Positions 50,596 through 59,809 of a stretch of DNA of 64,000 nt are shown in pieces. Position 1 is the first letter of the stretch, and each line of letters opens with the position of its first letter. Source of the stretch: Leptospiraceae bacterium (GTDB lineage: Bacteria; Spirochaetota; Leptospiria; Turneriellales; Turneriellaceae); contig JANWWS010000028.1 of the NCBI GenBank assembly GCA_025055765.1, forward strand, positions 57,216 through 121,215. The letters are read 5' to 3'. The position numbers were made by a program, and so were the translations under genes. The notes under the pieces were generated by a model. It did not search any database and was not told the DNA's origin. It worked only from the letters and a program-made list of their open reading frames with translations.

Positions 50596-51346
50596 GAAGC
50601 TACTAGTTGGTGCAGGTATTGTCTCTTCTTTACTGGGGATAGCCCTTGGTCTCTACGTGCTTTTGGCGGATAAGTCAACAAACATTAGGGCTGTTATTAT
50701 TCGGGGTAACCATAGAATATCTCAAGATGAGATTCTTTTTGTCATAAAAGATGTGGTGCAGCAAGAGAAATGGAATAAGGCTACTATTGAGGAGATGCTC
50801 TTGATGAATCCTCGCATTCGCGATGTACAGCTCGAGATCAAAAGTGGTGGAAAATTGGTTGTAGATATCCAAGAGAAGGAGACACTTTACTTGGAACAAA
50901 CAGCAGAAGGTATACGCGAGATTGGCCCAGAGGGGGAGATTTTACAGGAAGAGGCAGAAAAAAGCCATATGGCAGCGCCAGAGAGCGAGCTGCCCATTTT
51001 GTATTTGACGAAGGCAAAAGACGAGCTAACTATGGCAGCCGCGCTGAAAAGAGACATAATCAACCTTTGGCAAAAAACAAAGAAAAGCTATGCCTTTATA
51101 TGGGGTAGGCTGTCTGAGTTTGAGATAGCACCGACGGACTCTGGTAGCCCGGGGCTTGAGATAAGATGCTATCCGGTCTCAATGCAGGCGCGGATTGTTT
51201 TGAAGTCGGCTTTAGATGAAAGCCTCTTAAGGCGGCTATGGGCTATTTTATACTATATGGAAAAATACCATGCGCGCTCGAAAGTGGTTGTGGAGCTTTA
51301 TGATCAAAACGCTGTGCTGAGGGAGCTTGCGGCGGAGGCGGGCTAA
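50579..51346 (+). CDS. ftsQ: cell division protein FtsQ-like (POTRA)
   Basis: Single N-terminal TM helix, POTRA-like IRAVIIRGNHRISQDEIL, and a position immediately upstream of ftsA. Confidence 0.6.
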   Translation: MQMHLKKLLVGAGIVSSLLGIALGLYVLLADKSTNIRAVIIRGNHRISQDEILFVIKDVVQQEKWNKATIEEMLLMNPRIRDVQLEIKSGGKLVVDIQEKETLYLEQTAEGIREIGPEGEILQEEAEKSHMAAPESELPILYLTKAKDELTMAAALKRDIINLWQKTKKSYAFIWGRLSEFEIAPTDSGSPGLEIRCYPVSMQARIVLKSALDESLLRRLWAILYYMEKYHARSKVVVELYDQNAVLRELAAEAG

Positions 51347-52572
51347 TGGCGCAAGAAGAAAGTGTCATAGCATCTCTGGATCTAGGCTCATCCAAGGTGG
51401 TTGCCCTAGTGGCACGTGTCCATCGTCCCGAGGAAATTGAACTCATTGGCCTAGGCATAGCTCCGTCACATGGTATCAAAACAGGTGCCGTGACGAATAT
51501 TGAGCTTACTTCCCGTAGCATACGGGAGGCAATTGAAGAGGCAGAACTTATGTCTGCCACGCAAATTGAATCTGTGGTGATCAATGTAACAGGTAAACAT
51601 GTACGAGGAGACAACTCAACAGGGGTTATTGCTATAACAAACCGGGAGAGAGTGGTTACCAGTAACGATATTTATCGAGTTATCGATGCAGCTCAAGCAA
51701 TCCGCATTCCCGCAGATCAAGAAATCTTGCATGTGCTTTCTCGGGAGTTTAAAGTGGATGACCAAAATGGGATAAAAGATCCTCTTGGGATGGTAGGAGT
51801 GCGTCTTGAGGCAGATGTGCACATTGTGACAGGCGGAACGACCCAGTTACAGAACCTCGACAAGGCTGTGGAACAGGCAGGACTCTATGTGCGGGATCGT
51901 GTCTTAAGCTCTCTCGCGTCTTCCCATGCGATTTTAAGCGATGGTGAAAAAGAACTGGGTGTTGCGGTTGCCGATATTGGGGCCGGTGTGATTGATATTA
52001 TTGTCTATACGGAAGGGGGCGTAGCTTATACAACCACGATATGTCTAGGAGCGCATCACATTACACAGGATATCAGCATTGGACTTAAGACCCCACTTGA
52101 GGCTGCCGAGATGTTAAAGAAACGATACGGCAGTGTGCTACCCCAGGATATCGATCCGTCGGAGATGATTGAAGTTCCCTCTGTGGGTGACAGACCTCCC
52201 CGTCTTAAACCCAGAAGAGAGTTAGCCGAGATTATGGAAGCGCGTATGCGGGAGATGCTCGAGATGATTGATCATGAACTTTTAAAATCTGGCAAGAAAA
52301 ATCTTTTGGCCGGAGGAATTATTTTTACGGGCGGAGGTTCGCTCGTGGAAGGACTTATTCCTTTGGCGGAAGAGATTATTGGACTCGGGGCATCGCTTGG
52401 GGCACCAAAGGGACTATTGGGCATAGCTGACAGAATCTCCTCGCCTGTGTTTAGTACTGCAGTGGGGCTTATCTTACATGAGTTGCGAGCCAATGAAGAT
52501 GGGATTAAGAAAACTGCAGGCAGGATGAATTTTGTCAGAAAAATAAAAAGCTGGCTACAAAATAACCTTTAA
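51346..52572 (+). CDS. ftsA: cell division protein FtsA
   Basis: Actin-fold motifs (LDLGSSKV, DIGAGVIDI, GGGS) and a C-terminal amphipathic tail. Confidence 0.95.
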   Translation: MAQEESVIASLDLGSSKVVALVARVHRPEEIELIGLGIAPSHGIKTGAVTNIELTSRSIREAIEEAELMSATQIESVVINVTGKHVRGDNSTGVIAITNRERVVTSNDIYRVIDAAQAIRIPADQEILHVLSREFKVDDQNGIKDPLGMVGVRLEADVHIVTGGTTQLQNLDKAVEQAGLYVRDRVLSSLASSHAILSDGEKELGVAVADIGAGVIDIIVYTEGGVAYTTTICLGAHHITQDISIGLKTPLEAAEMLKKRYGSVLPQDIDPSEMIEVPSVGDRPPRLKPRRELAEIMEARMREMLEMIDHELLKSGKKNLLAGGIIFTGGGSLVEGLIPLAEEIIGLGASLGAPKGLLGIADRISSPVFSTAVGLILHELRANEDGIKKTAGRMNFVRKIKSWLQNNL

Positions 52573-52589
52573 GAATTCAGGAGGAGGCT

Positions 52590-53747
52590 ATGCTCAATTT
52601 TGCAGAGGAAGAAAAGTCACCGGCTATTATTAAAGTTGTAGGGGTAGGTGGTGCTGGAATGAATGCTGTAGAACGAATGTGCCACCTACGTTTGCAGGGT
52701 GTAGAACTTATTGCCATGAATACCGATGAACAGGTGCTGCGCCGCTCAAGTGCTCACCAAAAGGTGCACTTGGGCACAAAGCTCACCCGAGGTATGGGTG
52801 CGGGCGCAAAACCTGAAATAGGAGCTCAAGCTGCTATGGAAGACCGCGAAAAGATCATGAATGTGCTTAAAGGAGCCGACATGGTCTTCATTACAGCTGG
52901 CATGGGGGGCGGTACAGGTACAGGCGCTGCCCCTATTGTGGCCGATGTGGCTCGGGAGCTCAAAGCCCTTACCGTAGGCGTTATCACTCTTCCCTTTAAA
53001 GCGGAGGGGCAAAAAAAAATGGAAATTGCCCGTGCTGGTCAGGCCAACATGCGGGAAAAGGTAGATACTTTAATTACTATCCCGAATGATGCTATTTTTA
53101 AAATTATCGATAAGACAACACCTGTCAAAGTTGCCTTTAAGCACATCGACGACATCTTAGCCCGTGCTGTCATGGGCATAAGCGATATTATCAACTCTAC
53201 GGGGGTAGTAAACGTTGATTTTGCGGATGTCAAAACAGTAATGAGCAATAACGGAGATGCTGTCATTGGTTTGGGCGAGGGATCTGGGGAAAATCGGGTT
53301 CAGGAGGCCATACAAAATGCCATCCACCATCCTCTCTTAGATGGACGCAGTATCGATGGCGCAAGTGCCGTGCTCATTAATGTCGTCGCGAGTGAGGATA
53401 TATCTATGTACGAATACTACGAGATTCAAGAGAAGATACATGAAATGGTAAGCCCTGATGCCACGATTATTGTTGGCTTTACAGAAGACAGCTCTAAGGT
53501 AGATAAGCTTGCGGTGACGGTCATAGCCACAGGTTTTCGCAAAATACAAAATGCAAAATCTAACGCGCCAGAAAAAGAGAAAAAAGAAGAAGACTCGAAA
53601 GTAGTGCATAACATTACCCCTCTGCGGCGTAATGGTACCGAAAATACACCCATGTTTCCAGGGATGCAGCAGGGTTTAAAGTTTCCTAATATTGAGCCGA
53701 GTATAGAAAGTCTCGACATTCCCACATTTTTGCGCCGTAAAAAATAA
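52590..53747 (+). CDS. ftsZ: cell division protein FtsZ
   Basis: GVGGAGMNAV, GGGTGTGAAP tubulin signature, C-terminal DIPTFLRRK peptide. Confidence 0.97.
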   Translation: MLNFAEEEKSPAIIKVVGVGGAGMNAVERMCHLRLQGVELIAMNTDEQVLRRSSAHQKVHLGTKLTRGMGAGAKPEIGAQAAMEDREKIMNVLKGADMVFITAGMGGGTGTGAAPIVADVARELKALTVGVITLPFKAEGQKKMEIARAGQANMREKVDTLITIPNDAIFKIIDKTTPVKVAFKHIDDILARAVMGISDIINSTGVVNVDFADVKTVMSNNGDAVIGLGEGSGENRVQEAIQNAIHHPLLDGRSIDGASAVLINVVASEDISMYEYYEIQEKIHEMVSPDATIIVGFTEDSSKVDKLAVTVIATGFRKIQNAKSNAPEKEKKEEDSKVVHNITPLRRNGTENTPMFPGMQQGLKFPNIEPSIESLDIPTFLRRKK

Positions 53748-53750
53748 GAG

Positions 53751-53774
53751 AGGCCCGCCTCAGCGGGCCTTTTT
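53751..53774 (+). terminator. intrinsic terminator after ftsZ
   Basis: Perfect 8-bp GC-rich stem AGGCCCGC (53751-53758) / GCGGGCCT (53763-53770) with loop CTCA, followed by TTTT. The T-tract abuts the comEC ATG. Confidence 0.7.
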
Positions 53775-55658
53775 ATGCTGGCCTACTATACTTTTTATAC
53801 TTTTGTAGCCTTCTACGTCTCTCTTCGCCTAAGAAATATATTTGTCTTTTTATTTTTTCTCTCTTTGTTTCTTTTGGTTGAGTTTTATTTTCATATACCA
53901 TTTCTGCGACTTGAAAAAAAGCGCTATGCAGCCATTGTTTCCATAGGTCTTTTTTTGGGCTTAAGCCTAGCTATATTCAGGTTTTCTCATATCCAAGATA
54001 TAAAAGTTCACGAAACGGTAATAAAGGCAAGAGGCGTCGTAGAGCAGGTGGGCCGGCGCTCTCTTTTGGTAGGCCTTAAAGATGGCGTTCGCTTGCGGTT
54101 AATTCAAGTTAGAACCGAGGAGATCCATAAAGGAGATGAAATAGAATTTAGCTGCAAAACTCTTGATGGGTCTTATGGATTATTAGACAAATTGCAGACT
54201 ATTTCTTCTCTTTGCCGAGCTCAGGGTGAGCTAAAAATTTTCCCTAAACAAAGCACATTCCAGAACCTCATGAGAAACTTGCGTGAGATTTTTGAAGAAA
54301 GGCTTAAGCAAAATCTGGGAGGGGAGAGCTTAGCCAAGGGCTTTGCTCTATCAGAGACACATGACATGGATTACTACGAACTCGAGCTTTACCGGCAAAT
54401 GGGCATTGCCCACCTTTTTGCAGCTTCAGGTCTACATCTTGGCCTATTATTTGGTCTAGTCTATCTTCCCTTGCGCTACTTGCGCCAAGAAAAACTAGGA
54501 TATATTGTGGGAGCTTTTTTTTGTTTTCTATTCATGCTCTTACTCGAGATACCTGTTTCTCTTTTAAGGGCCTTCGTATTTCTTTTGTTTTATGTTATAA
54601 AAAAGCTGAGCGATGAGAGATTTGAGAAAAAAACCACTTTATTTTGCGCAGCTCTCATAAGCGAGCTTCTTATTCCATACTCGACTTTTACAGTAGCCTT
54701 TGTTTTGTCATTTGGGGTTACCGCAGCTATATTACTTTTTTTTGAGCCAGTGGAAGCCCTTTTAAAGAGCTTTCTCCGCAATTCTTATGTACGAGCTCAC
54801 TTATCGCTTACCCTTTCCACCTTTGCGGCTGCTAATGTACTTTCCTTGCTTTTGTTTGAAAAAATGAACGGTATGTCCCTACTATATAACTTTTTTGCAG
54901 TACCGCCTGCAGCTTTTTACCTCGCAAGTCTTATTTTGGGTCTATTTTATGATGGGTTTTTCTTTGTAACAAACCTCTTAGATAACTTCTACCGCTTTCT
55001 GGCTCAAATTCACTTTTGGCTTTACCAAAGCCAGTTTTATCCCATCAAACTCTCCCTGCAATATATCTGGTCCGTGGCATTTATCCTCTACCTTCTCTAT
55101 CTTTTTTTGTTGAATTACAACAAGAAGATTATTGCTGCCAGAAAAAGTTTTCCTTACTTTATTGTCATCATGAGCTTCGCCTATGGTGGGTTTTTATGGT
55201 ATTCCCAAAACCCTGTATTCCAGCACAAAGCCCTACCCCAACTCATTATCCAATACTTTGACAAGGAACTTTATGTTGTGGGAAAACTAGCTCACTTTCT
55301 TGAGGGACAAAAAGAAAGAGAACTTGAACTACTGCGACTTCCTCTCAAGAAACTTAAGGTACCAGCTGAGCTTCACCATGATCTTCCCTTTTACTTAAAG
55401 CCTATATCAGAAATACACCCAACCATAGAGCCCAAGAACGGCCTTTTGAAAAGCAAAAAGGGTTGTTATGTCTTTTTTTCTTCTATGAAGCCTGAGCTTT
55501 GGCAAGCTCAGATCCTTGCCGATTGTGCCTATCTTTTTGTGGTGATGAATAAAAAGGATATCCAAGAAAACTACAAATTACATAGACTTTGGCCTTTATT
55601 TGGGTATCAGGGTGAAGCAAAAACGTTGCCTTTTTTTAAATGGCAAGATTTTCCTTAA
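53775..55658 (+). CDS. comEC: ComEC/Rec2-family competence membrane protein (no metallo-beta-lactamase domain seen)
   Basis: N-terminal TM helices plus an OB-like DUF4131 region, and a Competence domain (MGIAHLFAASGLHLGLLFG). The C-terminal ~150 aa lacks an HxHxDH motif. Confidence 0.75.
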   Translation: MLAYYTFYTFVAFYVSLRLRNIFVFLFFLSLFLLVEFYFHIPFLRLEKKRYAAIVSIGLFLGLSLAIFRFSHIQDIKVHETVIKARGVVEQVGRRSLLVGLKDGVRLRLIQVRTEEIHKGDEIEFSCKTLDGSYGLLDKLQTISSLCRAQGELKIFPKQSTFQNLMRNLREIFEERLKQNLGGESLAKGFALSETHDMDYYELELYRQMGIAHLFAASGLHLGLLFGLVYLPLRYLRQEKLGYIVGAFFCFLFMLLLEIPVSLLRAFVFLLFYVIKKLSDERFEKKTTLFCAALISELLIPYSTFTVAFVLSFGVTAAILLFFEPVEALLKSFLRNSYVRAHLSLTLSTFAAANVLSLLLFEKMNGMSLLYNFFAVPPAAFYLASLILGLFYDGFFFVTNLLDNFYRFLAQIHFWLYQSQFYPIKLSLQYIWSVAFILYLLYLFLLNYNKKIIAARKSFPYFIVIMSFAYGGFLWYSQNPVFQHKALPQLIIQYFDKELYVVGKLAHFLEGQKERELELLRLPLKKLKVPAELHHDLPFYLKPISEIHPTIEPKNGLLKSKKGCYVFFSSMKPELWQAQILADCAYLFVVMNKKDIQENYKLHRLWPLFGYQGEAKTLPFFKWQDFP

Positions 55659-56860
55659 AAAAAGTGCTGATAACCAATGCGGAAAAGAAGTTTTTCCTTT
55701 TCTGAAAGAGTAAGCACATAATGCGAATAGAAAAAAAAGCCCAAAAACTCTGATGAGAGAACTAACCCTTTGAGACTTCTTTTTGAATATAAAGGTAACT
55801 CCGTGCGCATATTATCAACATCATGAAATAGGGGCCAAAAGAGTGCTGCGACGGGGATAAGCTCGTTGGAGTAACCCCACACATAGCCAAAGCGAAGGTA
55901 TTTCTCTATATGCATACCCAAGAGCACTTGGTTGGCTCGTCCTCTTATGGCTGTATATGCCTGTAAGAGTGGACCAACCTCCCTTGGTTTTTCATAGCCA
56001 AGGCCGACAAGCGAGGTTTTTTTGTTCATTCGATAGTAAAAGGAAAGCTCAGAAAAAGAAAAAACAGATTGCGAAAAGAAAATGCGATGAGAATACACGG
56101 TTTGGTGGCGGAAATGCCAAGAGTGGTATAAGAGAAAAAAACCATGGGGGGTATGGTATATTTGGGATTGGAAGGCGTCTGGAAAATGATTAGCAAAGTA
56201 AGAAAGCTTTAAAGTACCACCTTTTACATGGCCTTCGAGAAATAGCTGGTGAAGCTCCTTTTGTAAGCCTAAGAAAGAGAGGTGGAATTCTTGGCCAAAA
56301 GCAATGAGAATTTCGGGAAAAATTCGCAGATTATTGGACTTTCGCCTTCGCAGGTGGTTTTTCACGACAAGAAAAGGATGCCAGCGATAGCTTATGGTGC
56401 TGAGATAGAGCTCATCATTTGTCTTGGCGGCAGCATACCAAGCTTGGGCAATTGAGATTTCGTGCCAAGAGAAGGAAAGAGCTGCCCCGAGGGGTCTTTC
56501 TGTAGCTAGGCTGGGGAAAAAAGGGAAAAAACCACCCTGGGAAAGCAAAAGCCCTGTTTCATAAGCTCTATGTCTGTGGCCAACTTGCAAGGCGAAATTT
56601 TGATCTTGGTAAAGAGCCTCTCCGAATATGAGCTTTGTATCACGGTCATAATAAATCCCAGCGTGGGCAATTTCTTGAGCGACAAAACCCTGGTAGAAAT
56701 ACTCTTCTTTATTGCCTAAAAAACGGCTTCCTGTAACACCCTGGATTTGTAGAGCAAGGCTTGTGCCTACGCCAACGAGGAAGGTAGGGCAAACTACTCT
56801 TCGAGGCACCGCCATCCCCTTGCTGCCAAAAGCAAAAGTGTGTCCTTTTTTGCACCGCAC
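55655..56860 (-). CDS. hypothetical protein, outer-membrane beta-barrel-like
   Basis: Aromatic-rich alternating pattern ending in ...FRIGYQHFF; a terminal Phe is typical of OMP C-termini. The start is uncertain; an internal Met is at 56815. Confidence 0.45.
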   Translation of the reverse strand: MRCKKGHTFAFGSKGMAVPRRVVCPTFLVGVGTSLALQIQGVTGSRFLGNKEEYFYQGFVAQEIAHAGIYYDRDTKLIFGEALYQDQNFALQVGHRHRAYETGLLLSQGGFFPFFPSLATERPLGAALSFSWHEISIAQAWYAAAKTNDELYLSTISYRWHPFLVVKNHLRRRKSNNLRIFPEILIAFGQEFHLSFLGLQKELHQLFLEGHVKGGTLKLSYFANHFPDAFQSQIYHTPHGFFLLYHSWHFRHQTVYSHRIFFSQSVFSFSELSFYYRMNKKTSLVGLGYEKPREVGPLLQAYTAIRGRANQVLLGMHIEKYLRFGYVWGYSNELIPVAALFWPLFHDVDNMRTELPLYSKRSLKGLVLSSEFLGFFFYSHYVLTLSEKEKLLFRIGYQHFF

Positions 56861-57741
56861 AAGTTGCCGCTGCGACTTATCGCAAGAGCTTCTTCGGCGG
56901 GTACTCCAAGCCGTATGAGCTCAGTAAAAGAAGGTGGCCTAATTTTAGGCAGAGAAGGTTTCTGCTCATTTGGGAACTCATATGTCTGGTTTTCTCTAGG
57001 GGTTTTCTTATACGAATTCTCTTGCTTTGGCCGGGGAAGCTCCTGTGTACCAAAATGGTATTCTAACTTGACAAAATAGGCATTTTGGTTGCGCAGCCCT
57101 GAGGCTAAATAAAAATCAGCTCGTAATAATAAAAAAGAGGTTGGTCTAAGATAGGCGCAAAATTGTAGACTTGCCGACTTTATCTCATAGCCCGCCCCCA
57201 CACCTGCTTCGGGCAGAAGATAGAGAAGGGCCGAAAATGTGATGCCATCAAAAAAACCCTGGTCTTGTATAAGCTGTAGGTTCCATTCGATAGGTATGAA
57301 AATTTCTTTCAAAAGAGCTATCTCCGCCCAGTAAAAGGAGGGATGGGCATAGCGCAGTTTCAAAAGATAGACCTCTTGAACGTAAGAAAAATAGAAAACC
57401 ACCATCCTTTCCCTCTGCAAGTAGTTTAGCTCATCTATGGCGATTTCTTGTCCCAGATAACCCAGACCAAAGGCAAAGCTCCCCAAGTGATAGCTTGGGA
57501 CTACCGTAAAGCGGCTCTCCCGGTAGAGGTCCTGCCAATGGCGTTTTTCGAGGCTCAGAGAAAGCGCCAAATTTGGTAGAGGATGCCAATCGGCAGCAAG
57601 GTTTTCCCGGGCGAGCATCTTCTGACCCAAGGCAGGCAAGAGAAAGTTTACGCCAAGTTTCCCATGGGGGGAAAAATTCTCGGCATAGAGCTTTATGCTA
57701 AAGCCAAGCGCAAAAAGAAAGCGCCTCACTATGGCCTCCAT
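56794..57741 (-). CDS. hypothetical protein, beta-barrel-like with charged C-terminal extension
   Basis: ~235 aa of aromatic-rich alternating strands ending FVKLEYHF, followed by a ~75-aa Pro/Lys-rich linker and a helical tail. Confidence 0.4.
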   Translation of the reverse strand: MEAIVRRFLFALGFSIKLYAENFSPHGKLGVNFLLPALGQKMLARENLAADWHPLPNLALSLSLEKRHWQDLYRESRFTVVPSYHLGSFAFGLGYLGQEIAIDELNYLQRERMVVFYFSYVQEVYLLKLRYAHPSFYWAEIALLKEIFIPIEWNLQLIQDQGFFDGITFSALLYLLPEAGVGAGYEIKSASLQFCAYLRPTSFLLLRADFYLASGLRNQNAYFVKLEYHFGTQELPRPKQENSYKKTPRENQTYEFPNEQKPSLPKIRPPSFTELIRLGVPAEEALAISRSGNLCGAKKDTLLLLAARGWRCLEE

Positions 57742-58319
57742 ATGAGCTTAAGGTTTTTATTCTTGAGCTCCACAAAATAGAGGCCTCGATCTAGCTCTTG
57801 GGGATTTCTAGTGGACAAAAGCACACCCGAGCTGTTGTATATGGCAGCAATTTGGGAGAAAGCTATTTCATGATAATGCAAAATTTGGCGCTCTTTTGAG
57901 GGACGAGACCCATTTTCGGAGAGGGGGATTAACTGAGCATAATAGCAATAGGCACTTTTAGGATAAACCCCATAGCATTGAGGTCTTAGCTTTAAGACAT
58001 CCGAAGAGCTAAGAGCACCAAGGCAGGGGCCACTCCAGAGTCTTTGCTCGAGGGCTTTGTCATAAAGCCGTCTTGCTGAGGGGTATAACTCTCCATAACA
58101 TAAAAAGCCCACGAGTTTGCCCTGGCGGTAGTAGGCAAGCTGATTTTTGTTTTCACAAAAAAAATGTACTTCTCTACCCCCATAGGGGAAGCTCTCTTTT
58201 TCTGTTTCAAGCCAGTCTACGTCCTCACTAAAATGAGCCTTACAGTGGACAGGGTAAAATTCGAGCAACTCTTGCGACCATCCTACCAAAAAAGGAAAGA
58301 GAAAAAGAAATATCCACAT
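57729..58319 (-). CDS. secreted Cys-containing hypothetical protein
   Basis: Signal peptide MWIFLFLFPFLVGWS, strong SD (GGAGG) upstream, several cysteines, no known family. Confidence 0.5.
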   Translation of the reverse strand: MWIFLFLFPFLVGWSQELLEFYPVHCKAHFSEDVDWLETEKESFPYGGREVHFFCENKNQLAYYRQGKLVGFLCYGELYPSARRLYDKALEQRLWSGPCLGALSSSDVLKLRPQCYGVYPKSAYCYYAQLIPLSENGSRPSKERQILHYHEIAFSQIAAIYNSSGVLLSTRNPQELDRGLYFVELKNKNLKLIWRP

Positions 58320-58411
58320 GTAGCCTCCTGCCTATATAAAACCGAAGGAGGCGAAAAAATTTGCCAAATTGAGACAAAAAATATGATAAAATTTAATCTG
58401 GGGCCGAAAAT

Positions 58412-58981
58412 TTAGACTTCAAAGGGTCCAAAGCGACAAATTTCGTCTAAATTCAATCTTCCCTTGGGGAATTCTCTTTCCTGAAGGTGGGGGGGTAGAA
58501 GCTCTCTGTCTGCCTGATAGCCTACCGCGAAAAAACAAATCGGCTTATATTCCTTGGGGATACGCAGAGATTGAAGGGTTTTTTCATGGTGAAAGCCTGC
58601 CATAGGGTGGGTGATAAGACCTCTTAGGTGGGCCTCTAACATAAGTGACATAGCGGAAAGACCACAGTCAAAAAGGGCCGTGGGGTTCTCCTTTTGTGAT
58701 TTGGAAAAATAAGGGCGATATAAGAGCAAGATAAGACAGGGAGCTTTTTTGGCCCACAGTTGGTTTTCAGGAACCAAGCAATCCAAGAAAAGCTCTTTAT
58801 CCTTGCCTAAGCCAATAAGGTAATACCAGGGTTGCTCATTCATAGAAGAAGGGGCCCAGCGAGCCGCCTCCAACAAAGACAAAAGAACTTCTTTTTCTAT
58901 TTCAGAGCTAGCAAAAGAGCGGGGGGACCACCGTTCGTAAAAAAAAGGAGAAATGGGATAATCAGGCTTTCTTTGCTGCAC
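58412..58981 (-). CDS. nitroreductase-family protein
   Basis: ERWSPRSF, LLEAARWAPSSMNEQPW and a C-terminal region typical of the NADH-oxidase/nitroreductase fold. Confidence 0.8.
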   Translation of the reverse strand: MQQRKPDYPISPFFYERWSPRSFASSEIEKEVLLSLLEAARWAPSSMNEQPWYYLIGLGKDKELFLDCLVPENQLWAKKAPCLILLLYRPYFSKSQKENPTALFDCGLSAMSLMLEAHLRGLITHPMAGFHHEKTLQSLRIPKEYKPICFFAVGYQADRELLPPHLQEREFPKGRLNLDEICRFGPFEV

Positions 58982-58987
58982 AGGGGA

Positions 58988-59809
58988 TTATCCCTTTACA
59001 CTACCCGAGGTAAGTCCGCCCACCAAGTGCCTTTGGAGTAAAAAGAAAAGAACCACTACAGGTATACTCACTAAAATAGAACCAGCTGCAAAGTACCCCC
59101 ATTCCACGGAAAATTGCCCCACGAGTTGCTGGAGTCCCACGGGTAAAGTGTAAGAGAGCTCATTGTTCATAAAAGTAGCTGCTAAAATAAACTCATTCCA
59201 GGCGGTCATGAAAGAAAAAAGACCAGTAATGGCAATGGCTGGTCTCGAAAGTGGCAAAATAAGCTTCCAAAAAATTAAAGAGCGGCTTGCCCCGTCAATT
59301 AGGGCCGCCTCCTCTAGATCACGAGGAATGGTGTCAAAATACCCCTTTAGCATCCATACGGAAAAGGGGATGGATGTAGTGGAATACACAAGAATAAGCC
59401 CCGCCATGGTGTCTACGAGATTCAGCTTATCTAATATGATATAGAGGGGGATCATCATCATGGTTCCCGGAAACATTTGGGTCACAAGAAAGGCCATTAG
59501 TCCCGTTTTTTTCCCAGGGAATTGAAAGCGACTAAAGGCATAGCCCGCTGTAGCAGCTAAGAATATACCTACAAGGGTAGTCGATAGAGAAATCACCACC
59601 GAGTTTAAAAGCCAATGGAAAAAGGGTTTGTCAAAAAGAAGGTGGCGAAAATTCTTTAGCGTAATTTCTTCAGGGATAAGTCGAAATTCAGCAGGCAGCT
59701 CATTGCCCGGAGAAAAGGCAATTTGCACCACCCAACAGACAGGGAAAACTGTAAGAAAGGTAAAGAAAATGAGAAAAAGGTGAAGATGCCAGGTTCTTTT
59801 CTTAGCCAT
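58988..59809 (-). CDS. sugar ABC transporter permease (MalG-like)
   Basis: Six TM helices and an EAA loop (DLEEAALIDGASRSLIFWKLILPLSRP). Confidence 0.85.
   Translation of the reverse strand: MAKKRTWHLHLFLIFFTFLTVFPVCWVVQIAFSPGNELPAEFRLIPEEITLKNFRHLLFDKPFFHWLLNSVVISLSTTLVGIFLAATAGYAFSRFQFPGKKTGLMAFLVTQMFPGTMMMIPLYIILDKLNLVDTMAGLILVYSTTSIPFSVWMLKGYFDTIPRDLEEAALIDGASRSLIFWKLILPLSRPAIAITGLFSFMTAWNEFILAATFMNNELSYTLPVGLQQLVGQFSVEWGYFAAGSILVSIPVVVLFFLLQRHLVGGLTSGSVKG

Noticed and set aside
51243-51614. 123-aa minus-strand ORF antisense to the ftsQ/ftsA junction
   Set aside because: It is a shadow of conserved division genes, with no supporting signals.
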